In this document: piece by piece, positions 17,601 through 25,631 of the stretch
Position numbering within the stretch: position 1 is the stretch's first letter
Layout of the letters: the number at the start of each line of letters is the position of its first letter
Virus record (IMG/VR): IMGVR_UViG_3300032334_001259
Location: 124,001 to 188,000 of that record
Direction: 5' to 3' (one strand)
Length of the DNA: 64,000 bases
The notes under the pieces: generated by a model
What the model saw: the letters and a program-made list of their open reading frames with translations, nothing else
The model's database searches: none
What the model was told of the DNA's origin: nothing
Made by a program: the position numbers and the translations under genes

Positions 17601-19194
17601 TTAATGTAGTGATTGCACTATTTGCCGCAGTAACATTTGCATTAATGGTTGTAATAAGGTTTGCTTGTGTTGCCGCATTGCTATTAAGAGTTATAATTGT
17701 GCTATCAGTAGGTAGATATGCCGCAACATTAGCATTACTATATGTTGTTCCACCAGTGACTGCATTTCCTCCAACCAAAAGTGATCCATTTGCAACTTGA
17801 ACCGCAGTTCCAGCAATATAAATTGTATTATTGCTTACATACAAACTCTTCCATTGATTTGTTAGTGTTCCTAAACTATAAACAGCATTTGCTGTTGGTG
17901 ATATGTTACCAGTTATATTAACATCAGTTACAATACTATTTGTAAGATACGCTGCTACATTTGTATTGCTATAACTTGTTTGAACACCAGTTAGATAATA
18001 ACCATTACCTGTGTAAAATGTTGCACTAATATTACCGCTTGCAATAATACTATTAGCATATTCAGTTTTAGAAACAACTTCATAATTTGTAGTTACAATA
18101 TTACCAGTAACATTTAGATTACCAGAAATATTAACATTGCCACTTGCTGTAACATTTCCTGTTACAACTAATCCATTTCCACTTTTAAAACGACCTATTT
18201 CATTTGCAGCAGCATCGCCACCAATGGCAAATACAATATCTTTACCAGAAGTTAGGGTTGCAACAACAAGTTTACCACCTTCATTAAGAAGATAACCATC
18301 ATTTGGCCCATCAAGACCACCGCCACCACTAAATGTGCTACTGTTAATACCAAGATCAATATAATTAGTGCTATCACTACCATTATCTGCTGTTACAACA
18401 AGGTCGCCACTTGCACTGGTTCCATTGCTTTTGTTTTGTAATAATACTTGTGAATAACTGTTTACACTATCAACATAAGTCAAACGTGCATTTGCAGGAT
18501 TAAATGATGGTAATAACCCGATAGTTGTATAATTTGGAATGGTAAGATTATTGCCAGTAATATAAACATTACTATAAAATTGTGTGTATCCATTTACAGT
18601 ATTATAACCATTACCATAAGTTGTTAAACTTGTATTTCCATTTGAAGTTATATATAAAGCTGGAACACTACCAACATTTGAGTGAATTAAACCTGTTACA
18701 TTAGTTCCTAATCCACTAAATGTATAACCAGAAAAATTAGTAGTATTGATTTCTATAAAGCCATTAGCATAAATTGTGTCAGCACTTAAAGAACCATCTG
18801 TAGAAATACTTGTTTGGGCATAAAGTCTATCAGCGTTTAAACGATTTGCATTTATTCTTAAATTACCCCAATTATTATTTGTTTTAGTAGGATTAATCCA
18901 AGTATCAACGCTAATATTTCCAGAAAAGTTTGCATCTTTAATATAAGCACCAGCCCAAATATTAGATACATTTCCTAATGTAAAATAATTAGTAATACTT
19001 GGATTTACATTTGCATAAACATTACCTACCGCTGCATTAACATTGGTATATAGAATACGTTGACCACCTGCAGTAATGCCATCCATGACATATACATAAT
19101 CTGTTGCTTCATCAATGACTAATTCACCGTTGTGACCAACAAGATTACCTATTTCAAGAAAACTAATCTTACCAAAATAACGACGCAGTGCCAT
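14677..19194 (-). CDS. Long fibre protein (1505 aa) with Mtd_N-like N-terminus and coiled-coil stalk
   Basis: GELVIDEATDYVYVMDGITAGG (Mtd_N-like); 28-aa heptad repeats; many YSN.NVA.YL/YGNTQV repeats; TAAATA at 19215-19220. Confidence 0.85.
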   Translation of the reverse strand: MALRRYFGKISFLEIGNLVGHNGELVIDEATDYVYVMDGITAGGQRILYTNVNAAVGNVYANVNPSITNYFTLGNVSNIWAGAYIKDANFSGNISVDTWINPTKTNNNWGNLRINANRLNADRLYAQTSISTDGSLSADTIYANGFIEINTTNFSGYTFSGLGTNVTGLIHSNVGSVPALYITSNGNTSLTTYGNGYNTVNGYTQFYSNVYITGNNLTIPNYTTIGLLPSFNPANARLTYVDSVNSYSQVLLQNKSNGTSASGDLVVTADNGSDSTNYIDLGINSSTFSGGGGLDGPNDGYLLNEGGKLVVATLTSGKDIVFAIGGDAAANEIGRFKSGNGLVVTGNVTASGNVNISGNLNVTGNIVTTNYEVVSKTEYANSIIASGNISATFYTGNGYYLTGVQTSYSNTNVAAYLTNSIVTDVNITGNISPTANAVYSLGTLTNQWKSLYVSNNTIYIAGTAVQVANGSLLVGGNAVTGGTTYSNANVAAYLPTDSTIITLNSNAATQANLITTINANVTAANSAITTLTSNAATQANLITIINANITAANSAITTLTSNAATQANLITTVNANVTAANSAITTINANVTAANSAIATLSSNAASQASDIVILYSNAGVQANSITALNNSVVNLAGEIAQIQAGTGFATTQQIQAANSSISTLNANLNAANLNISALQSNTGTIASNVNILFTNAASQASDITTLYSNAATQASNLATLTTNAASQASDITTLYSNAATQANLIALLNANVSGANSAIVTANSAVTAYATNLNNAMTANINAANANLGSLTGRVTVVEGNIVSINNTLIGVINGAFSYSNANVATYLPTYSGNLSAGNITVNGNLFVTGNITTLNYETINNTEYANSIIASGNITASGNVGASFYTGNGYYLTGLPATYGNTQVSAYYVANTVATSNVQILRNGNIRLATGASISDSYSAGYLVLSPNTTVDALAGVVIGGSGYLLSPNGSRNAVLNYGSVSGQFGVYILNVYGNQQNAIVNGGSNNYGNIGSISTFFGNAFVSNIYSPNYLYPNGTSILSGVSGTYGNTQVGYYLNSNLISSTISVTGNVIANAHYGNSFLYSNGVSILTGIGGTYGNTQVGYYLNSNLISSTISVTGNVIANAHYGNSYLYSNGVSILTGISGTYGNTQVAAYLPTYTGNLTAGNITVTGNITHPSNSYILGDFTNSTVAYRTMFQTANVNSSTGIYALPSGSSTAASWQAANSTNPTNASKILIATNGSTDVQLVSGINGTGTYLPLSFYNNGAAQMVLYPNGNIYMSNANPITTTGNINVGNINVTANVNAANISVTNNLTYGNVSTTGNITAGYLITTGSGGNITGASYVVASNFVITNYGNISGANVITANTFTGTNATISGNLYSSSVTGKSSAIVAQNTAVTMDNIKVQWLNNGSSNANQLQLGSLSGTPQALYTYIFQSGLGGGTTGGSSNTALSTTYANIGSPSGTAGDMFMFTATIGTNAYRVSAITGSGYSNNLISIERLV
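15741..16058 (-). repeat. 150-bp tandem duplication in the fibre gene
   Basis: GTYGNTQVGYYLNSNLISSTISVTGNVIANAHYGNS.LYSNGVSILTGI occurs twice, with mostly synonymous differences. Confidence 0.9.
17380..17700 (-). repeat. 84-bp (28-aa) coiled-coil tandem repeats
   Basis: SNAATQANLITT(I/V)NANVTAANSAITTLT three times plus partial units. Confidence 0.9.
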
Positions 19195-19272
19195 GCTTAT
19201 ATCCTAATATCTTATATTTACCATAAAATGATTGTTTAAGAACCCATGAGATTTATGCATATCAGCCATTTA

Positions 19273-19327
19273 TGCACTGCAACATAATAAATATTGCACT
19301 GCACTAAATATATGCGTAAAATGCATA
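19273..19327 (+). promoter_or_regulatory. Regulatory region: two TGCACTGCA boxes, two TAAATA, TATGC-N7-GCATA inverted repeat
   Basis: TGCACTGCA at 19273 and 19295 (22 bp apart); TAAATA at 19288 and 19305; inverted repeat at 19311-19327. Confidence 0.55.
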
Positions 19328-19344
19328 GAACATGGAGATTTAAT

Positions 19345-19536
19345 ATGAAGACCATCGTAGAAAAGATAGCTAAGGTCATAGAATATAATCGTGAAGCAAT
19401 TGCACTTCGTCGCAAGTATTATAAAACCTATGATGAATTAAGCCGTTTAAACGATAGAGACTTAGCTGATATTGGTATCAATCGTGGTATGATTGAACAA
19501 ATTGCATTTGACCATACATATAATACTTCTCGCTAA
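19345..19536 (+). CDS. DUF1127 (YjiS-like) small protein, 63 aa
   Basis: RRKYYKTYDELSRLNDRDLADIGINRGMI is the DUF1127 signature; GGAG RBS at 19334-19337 supports ATG 19345. Confidence 0.9.
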   Translation: MKTIVEKIAKVIEYNREAIALRRKYYKTYDELSRLNDRDLADIGINRGMIEQIAFDHTYNTSR

Positions 19537-19561
19537 TATTTTTTTATATTTTTTGGTCAAT

Positions 19562-19588
19562 AAAAAAGGGGCTTTTCAGCCCCTTTTT
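19562..19588. terminator. Bidirectional intrinsic terminator between DUF1127 and major capsid genes
   Basis: AAAAAAGGGGCT-TTTC-AGCCCCTTTTT; GAAA loop on the minus strand. Confidence 0.92.
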
Positions 19589-19610
19589 CTTTTTCTGTAT
19601 TCCGTAAATC

Positions 19611-20810
19611 TTATTGGAATGAAAGGTTGCTAACGTTGATTTCACTTAGGTAGTCAGCTGCGTTACCGAAGCTGCTTGCTACGTTTGTGAGTTCTACATA
19701 ACCATAACGAGTCATGAAGCCAACTACTGGTTCGAATGTAGTTGGATCAAGGATAACACCACTGCTCATTAGAGGAATATATGGGCAATAGAACGCAGCT
19801 GCATCAGCTTCGCTAGTTCCCTTATAACCAACTAGAACAGGAATTGTGTCATCAGCATAGCTATCAACATATACACGCATTGCACCATTGAGAGTACCAA
19901 CGAACTTAGTGTTTGTTGGAGCTTCAAAAGCACCTTCTGTAGTACGTGCGAAAGCTGAAGTTGTTGCAGACTGAAGAACAGTCAATGCAGCACTTGATAC
20001 AACAGCCCAGTTACCTGCACCACGACGAGTGCGTTGTGCAATTAGGTTAGCAGCACGGTTGATAAGAACAGCTAGAGCAGCATGTTCGTCACCAACGAAT
20101 GTTGCAGTACCACTTACAGTAGCTTGGTTGTAAGTAAATTCTTGTGCAGCCAATGAACGTAGGCTGTAAAGGATTTCCTGATCAATTTCAGCAGTGATTT
20201 CTTGTGCGAGAGCAGCCATGATTTCTGCTTCAATGTCAAGACCATGCATAGCCTGTGCATCTTGAGCAGCTTCAAAAGTCCAGCGTGCGCTTAACTTACG
20301 AGTCTTTGCTTCAACAGGTTGCTTTAGGATTTGAACATTGAGCTTACGACCTGGTGTACCTTCCATAGCAGCAGTGAAACCAGCCTTACCGTCAGTGCTG
20401 TTAACACCTGGTGCAGTTCCAGAATAACCACTTGCAATCTTAAATGGTGAAAGTGCTTCATCATTAAGAGCAACGTCAGTACCAGCCTGACCGCTTGCAG
20501 TTGATGTGAATGTTTCAGCATAACGTACACGAAGAGTGTGGATCTGTGCAACAGGTCCAGTCATTGGTTGAACACCAACGATTTCGTTTGCAATAACAGT
20601 TGGCATAACACGGCGGATAACAGGGAGGATAACACGGTTAAGTGTTGCAATGTTACCAGCTGCAGTTGCACCAGCACTTGCGCTTTCAGCAAGATACTTC
20701 TTAGTATTTTCGAGCACCATGCTCATTGTTGTACGACGATTACCGCTTAGACCTTCCAACAGGGCTGTCTTGGTTTCGTCCCAACGACTTTCAATTAATT
20801 CTTGTGACAT
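19611..20810 (-). CDS. gp23: Major capsid protein (T4 gp23 family)
   Basis: VIRRVMP..IA.EIVGVQPMTGP, AKTRKLSARWT.EAAQD, EI..EIDQEI, FYCPYIPL, TRYG. Confidence 0.97.
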   Translation of the reverse strand: MSQELIESRWDETKTALLEGLSGNRRTTMSMVLENTKKYLAESASAGATAAGNIATLNRVILPVIRRVMPTVIANEIVGVQPMTGPVAQIHTLRVRYAETFTSTASGQAGTDVALNDEALSPFKIASGYSGTAPGVNSTDGKAGFTAAMEGTPGRKLNVQILKQPVEAKTRKLSARWTFEAAQDAQAMHGLDIEAEIMAALAQEITAEIDQEILYSLRSLAAQEFTYNQATVSGTATFVGDEHAALAVLINRAANLIAQRTRRGAGNWAVVSSAALTVLQSATTSAFARTTEGAFEAPTNTKFVGTLNGAMRVYVDSYADDTIPVLVGYKGTSEADAAAFYCPYIPLMSSGVILDPTTFEPVVGFMTRYGYVELTNVASSFGNAADYLSEINVSNLSFQ

Positions 20811-20834
20811 AGGGTCTTCTCCAAATTTGTATTA

Positions 20835-21932
20835 TCACTTTAGACCAGCAAGACGCTTCATTTCAATTATGTTTGAAGTTTCTTTCTGTTCAGTTTTAAC
20901 AGCACGATCACCTGTAACTTCTTTCTTGCTTTCAACGATAGTTTGCTTTGTAGCTTCTACCTTTGGAGCATTGCCTTCCATTACTGGGTTTAAGTACTTT
21001 TTGTATGCTGCGTCGAGTTTTTCTGTTGGGACTGATTCCAGCAGTTGTGACATCACAGCGGCTTTGTCTTTGCTAAGAGGACTTAGCAATTCGTTGAGTT
21101 TACCGTTACGAGCAATGCTTTCATTGATTTTACGGATTTCTACTTCTTTTGCCTTAACTTCAGTCAACGCACGTTCTTCGGCATCACGTGATTCACTGAT
21201 TTGACGAGCCATTAGCTCGATCTTACCAGTAAGTTTCTTGATGTCTGCACGTTCGTTAAGGTAGCTTGCGCCAAACTCAGTTGCAAAGGCTTCAAAAATC
21301 TTACGACCGAAGTTGTTTTCCTTGGCTTCCTGAATATCTGTTTTGAGTTGGTTTAATTCTGTACGTAGATGATTTGTAACTGTGCCTTCTACAAGTGCAC
21401 TTGCTTTTTTTACGAAACTATCACGAAGTGATTCAAGTTTCTTACGACCTTCGGTTACAACTGCAACCTTAGTGCGAGCAAGATCCATCTTGTCTGCTGC
21501 AAATTCTGCAATCTCAGCTTGTAAGTTTTCAGCAACGAATGCTTCTAACTTACTGATTGCATTTTGCATATTGGCACGATCACCACGAAGTTCAGCAACT
21601 TCACTTGCAAGTGATTCACTTAGATAAGCATCAAAATTACGAGCCTTATCCATCATTTGCTTTGTGAATTTTACACGGTCTTCGCTAACCATTTCACGTT
21701 CAGCACGAATTTTTGACAATTCGTCTGTAAGTGATTCGTTAACCATCTTGTCCAGAGCCTCAACCATATTAGCACGGTCGTGTTCATAACGACTAGCCAT
21801 TTCCTCACGAATTTCATCACGAATCTGTCCACGTGCTTCTTCAAGTTTCACATTCCATGCTTCTTCAAGTTGCTTACGTGTATCTTCGTTCAGAAGTCCG
21901 CTTTCTAGTAATGGTTTTAGAGCTTCGAACAT
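20835..21932 (-). CDS. gp22: Prohead core scaffold protein (gp22-like)
   Basis: Glu/Lys-rich helical protein between protease and capsid genes; FGRKIFEAF motif. Confidence 0.8.
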   Translation of the reverse strand: MFEALKPLLESGLLNEDTRKQLEEAWNVKLEEARGQIRDEIREEMASRYEHDRANMVEALDKMVNESLTDELSKIRAEREMVSEDRVKFTKQMMDKARNFDAYLSESLASEVAELRGDRANMQNAISKLEAFVAENLQAEIAEFAADKMDLARTKVAVVTEGRKKLESLRDSFVKKASALVEGTVTNHLRTELNQLKTDIQEAKENNFGRKIFEAFATEFGASYLNERADIKKLTGKIELMARQISESRDAEERALTEVKAKEVEIRKINESIARNGKLNELLSPLSKDKAAVMSQLLESVPTEKLDAAYKKYLNPVMEGNAPKVEATKQTIVESKKEVTGDRAVKTEQKETSNIIEMKRLAGLK

Positions 21933-21947
21933 TAATTTCTCCTGAAC

Positions 21948-22571
21948 TTATATTTTTAATTCATCAATAAATTTAGCAAGTTCTTGCTTAAGATATTTTT
22001 GAACTCGTTGATCTTGATTTAAATCTTTAGCCATTTCCAAAATGCGATGACCACCGTTCATATTCATTAGTCCTTCATAGACTGCTGTTGGGTAGGCATT
22101 AGGTGCACTTGGCTGTGCTACAATATCAACAGTAACGATATCAAAATCGCTTACTGCACCGTCGTTTTCGTTTACATTACCACTTCCACGACTACTTACT
22201 CCTAGTTTGACACCACTTTCTAACATGGTGCGAACTAAATTGCCCATTGGAGTAGGCAAAATCTTCATCTTACCATAACCGTTCGGTCCATCTAACCACA
22301 TTTCTGTAATCATATGACTTACACGATCAAGGTTAATGCGTAAGTTTGTTGGGTGATCTACTTCACCCAACACACTATAACCTGTTCTAATTTGCTTATT
22401 GAGTGTTTCAATAGCACGACTAATTTCATTAACGGGATAAACACGTTGATTTGCGTTCTTTACACCACCTTGGATGCAAATGCCCTTCATATAAAGGTTT
22501 TTGCCTTCATCAGTTGATGTTTCCATCTTTGCTTGGTCGTAACTAAGATTTTCAATAAGCAAATTATTCAT
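21948..22571 (-). CDS. gp21: Prohead protease (gp21)
   Basis: KNANQRVYP, LGEVDHP, VSHMI, GVSSRGSG, DIVAQPSAP. Confidence 0.96.
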   Translation of the reverse strand: MNNLLIENLSYDQAKMETSTDEGKNLYMKGICIQGGVKNANQRVYPVNEISRAIETLNKQIRTGYSVLGEVDHPTNLRINLDRVSHMITEMWLDGPNGYGKMKILPTPMGNLVRTMLESGVKLGVSSRGSGNVNENDGAVSDFDIVTVDIVAQPSAPNAYPTAVYEGLMNMNGGHRILEMAKDLNQDQRVQKYLKQELAKFIDELKI

Positions 22572-22585
22572 AACTTTTCTTTACC

Positions 22586-23443
22586 TTACTTTGGAAGATT
22601 ACTCTTCTTGTTTACATTTGGACCACCGCCAGTTGCAAACTTGCCTTCTGCACTTTGTGGCTTCTTGGCATTTGAGAAACCTTTCTTGCCAGCGTCACCA
22701 CCTGGTGCATTAAGGAACTTACCACTGTGTGGGAAATTACCTGACTTTGGACTAGTATATTGCTTGCCATTTGGATCTACTTGTTCACTCTTTTGAGCAA
22801 TATTCTTTGCAGTGCCACCCATGTCGTTCTTGCCAGCAACAACGCTCTTTGGATTTGTTTCACCAGTTTTTACGAATTCACCAGTGCCAGCACCTACTGT
22901 AGCACCATTTGGCTTTGCGCCAAACTCGCCCTTGTATGGTTCGCCAACTTTTTCAACATATTCACGAACTACGCCTTCTTCAGCGTGTTCTGGTTCTTCT
23001 TTTTCTTGTGCCATTAGCTTTTCAAATTCAGCCTTAAGGTCGTCAAGAGCATCTTCAAGGTCCATTACACGATCTTCAACGTCACCTGCTTCACCAGCTT
23101 CGTCGCCCATGTCCATGTCATCACTGTCCATGCCCATGTCATCGTCTGCACCGTCCATACCGTCATGATCTGCTTCAATATCGTGCATCATGTCATCGGT
23201 TTGGTCCATGCTCATGTCGTCACCAGCTTCTTCCATGCCGAAGTTTTCTTCAACTGAATCTTCTTCAACTGCTTCTTCGTCCATGTCTTCTGCTTCATCA
23301 ACGCCTTCTTCCATTTCTTCTGCAACGATTTCGTTGTAGATGTCACGGCTTTTTGCTACAACAAGGTTATGAAATAATTCTTTTGCCTTGTCTTGTTCAT
23401 CATTAATGATGTATTCTATAAGTTGTTCGTACTGACTACGCAT
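22586..23443 (-). CDS. Highly acidic prohead core/internal protein (gp67/68 position)
   Basis: Asp/Glu/Met-rich tract; position between portal and protease; TAAATA at 23479-23484. Confidence 0.65.
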   Translation of the reverse strand: MRSQYEQLIEYIINDEQDKAKELFHNLVVAKSRDIYNEIVAEEMEEGVDEAEDMDEEAVEEDSVEENFGMEEAGDDMSMDQTDDMMHDIEADHDGMDGADDDMGMDSDDMDMGDEAGEAGDVEDRVMDLEDALDDLKAEFEKLMAQEKEEPEHAEEGVVREYVEKVGEPYKGEFGAKPNGATVGAGTGEFVKTGETNPKSVVAGKNDMGGTAKNIAQKSEQVDPNGKQYTSPKSGNFPHSGKFLNAPGGDAGKKGFSNAKKPQSAEGKFATGGGPNVNKKSNLPK

Positions 23444-23545
23444 ATAAAAAACTCCTGTGGAATTATATCCTGTGATTATATTTAAACTATGGTTATAATA
23501 AGTGCCTGAAATAGCCGTATTTTTGAATTTTTTGTGAAAAATAAA

Positions 23546-23770
23546 TTATAAGCCTGGTTGGCCGCTACTTGGCGCACCATATTGTTGGCGCACTAACTTG
23601 ATTTTTTCAACATATTCGACCGTGCGCTGGTCATTCATTTTACGTAATTGGTTAATTTGAGCAAGTGTTAGTCGTGTTTTACGCAAATCATGAATCTTAT
23701 CTACACTATTATCACGTGATAGATCTTGATAGGCTCCATTATTTGCATTAAACATTTCACTTAAAAACAT
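23546..23770 (-). CDS. Small head-module protein (74 aa)
   Basis: GGAG RBS; TAAATA at 23786-23791; RKTRLTL.QIN.LR.M motif. Confidence 0.7.
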   Translation of the reverse strand: MFLSEMFNANNGAYQDLSRDNSVDKIHDLRKTRLTLAQINQLRKMNDQRTVEYVEKIKLVRQQYGAPSSGQPGL

Positions 23771-23794
23771 AACTGCTCCACTTTTTATTTAGGT

Positions 23795-25582
23795 TTATGC
23801 GCCACCTAGCGCCGCACCAGCAGTTTGTCCACCTGCAGCACCGCCGCCAGCACCACCTGTTGGACTTGGAACACCAGCCGCACCAACTTCACCACCTATT
23901 GGCGGTGCACCTGGTCCACCTAGTCCACCACCTTGTTCTGCAGCTTGTATATCGCTTACGGTTTCAAGGTCAGTGCTTATTGCACCTGGTGTAACACCAA
24001 CTGTTCGTAGATCAGCACCCTGAATCATACCCTTTGGTTGCTCTGTGCCACGTTCTTCATGCCACATCTTATCGTTTTCAGCAAGTTCCATATCACTCAA
24101 ACCAAGATATTTCTTTAACATAAAGCGTTTACTCAAGTAATCAGTTTGGTTAATTTGTGTAAATGCAGTAATACGACCAGCATTTAACTCAAGTTCACGA
24201 TATGCTGCAAAATTTTGTGGTTCAGTAAATTTAATTTCAAACAAGCTATTATCAAGGTTGAAACCACGATGTTTTAAAAACATCTTAAATTCTGTATCAA
24301 ACTTTGGACTTATATAACGCTGCAATCTCTTGCAATATTCATTAAAACGATGTTCTTGTATAAGTGCAGTAGTTACCTTACCATCAACAAATGCACGATC
24401 ACTGTCTTCTGGACCAGTTGGTAGATAAGAACTTGGAATACGAAGACTACGATACATCTTGTTTTGGAAATAACGCAAGTCATCAATTTCACCAAGATTT
24501 TGACCACCAGGTAGAACTTCTACTGATGAGCCACGACCTTCTGCACTTTGTGGAAAGAAAAAATCTTCATTCATACTCATTGGATTATATGAAGCATCCA
24601 TTAAGTTAGAACCACCACCACTTTGTGTTGGTATTCTGCGTTGATTAATTTCATTCTTTACACGTTCAACAAATTGCATTGCAAGATGTGCTGGCATGTT
24701 GCCAACATCAATCTTAAACATTCTGCGTTCTGGTGCACGACTAATACGATAGATAAGAATTGCATCTTCAAGTAATTCTTTTTGCTTGAATACTTTAAAG
24801 ATTGCTTCAAATATACTAACACCAAATGGCCAGTTGACATCTAAACCTTCAGTTAGACTTAAATGAACAATATGTTCTGCACCAACAGGAAATTCATTGT
24901 TACCAGCACCGAAACGTGTATTTGGTGAAAATACTTCACCACCTGCTGTATAAGAACGACTACCGCCCATATAAGGAGCAAAGGCATAACTGTCATTTGG
25001 ACCAGGTGGACGAGTAATAGTATTATTCTGTAGATTTGGATTTAAATCACGAATATAATAAATTTCAGGTTCTTTACCTTTAGATTCATTAACAATAACC
25101 TTGCTAACACGGTTCATTTCAGTCCAAAACCACTTATAAGTTTCTGGATCACGAACAAACACTTGGTCACCATACTTTAATGTGTTACGGAAAATCTTAA
25201 AGATACGCTGTTCAAAGTCTTGTAATTTACACCAAGCCTTTAACTGTTCTTTTAGAATCATTACTTCATTTTCAGTAGCTTCTTCATTAAAATGAACATT
25301 AAATGGTGTATGTGTTTCTTCACTACGTTGTGTACAGAACTCACTTAAAATATCAAGTGCGCTGTTGGCTTCACTATCTAAATCCATATTTTCATATTGA
25401 GTATAACGATCAATACGATTTGGGTGACCGCTATAAACATCTGGCAACATGCTTTGATAGTTACGATATGCGGCGTTTGCTTGTGAACCAAGATAATTGT
25501 AACTGCTATAATCTGTTACACTACCGTTTACAGGGCTATATGAACCATCACTTACAATACGCCAATGCTTTTTCCAACCCAT
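23795..25582 (-). CDS. gp20: Portal vertex protein (gp20)
   Basis: LLEDAILIYRISRAPERRMFKIDVGNMP, EDFFFP..EGRG..VEVLPGGQNLGEIDD, LRIPSSYL; TAAATA at 25602-25607. Confidence 0.97.
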   Translation of the reverse strand: MGWKKHWRIVSDGSYSPVNGSVTDYSSYNYLGSQANAAYRNYQSMLPDVYSGHPNRIDRYTQYENMDLDSEANSALDILSEFCTQRSEETHTPFNVHFNEEATENEVMILKEQLKAWCKLQDFEQRIFKIFRNTLKYGDQVFVRDPETYKWFWTEMNRVSKVIVNESKGKEPEIYYIRDLNPNLQNNTITRPPGPNDSYAFAPYMGGSRSYTAGGEVFSPNTRFGAGNNEFPVGAEHIVHLSLTEGLDVNWPFGVSIFEAIFKVFKQKELLEDAILIYRISRAPERRMFKIDVGNMPAHLAMQFVERVKNEINQRRIPTQSGGGSNLMDASYNPMSMNEDFFFPQSAEGRGSSVEVLPGGQNLGEIDDLRYFQNKMYRSLRIPSSYLPTGPEDSDRAFVDGKVTTALIQEHRFNEYCKRLQRYISPKFDTEFKMFLKHRGFNLDNSLFEIKFTEPQNFAAYRELELNAGRITAFTQINQTDYLSKRFMLKKYLGLSDMELAENDKMWHEERGTEQPKGMIQGADLRTVGVTPGAISTDLETVSDIQAAEQGGGLGGPGAPPIGGEVGAAGVPSPTGGAGGGAAGGQTAGAALGGA

Positions 25583-25631
25583 TTGTGAAATCCTTGTAGA
25601 ATATTTATGGATATATGCGGTGTTTTAATTA

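Noticed and set aside
16960-17700. Regular repeats resembling a CRISPR array
   Set aside because: They are in-frame coiled-coil coding repeats with degenerate third positions and no unique spacers.
14677-19194. Diversity-generating retroelement suggested by the Mtd_N-like domain and the 150-bp repeat pair
   Set aside because: The repeats are tandem and in frame, differences are mostly synonymous rather than adenine-specific, and no reverse transcriptase is in the window.
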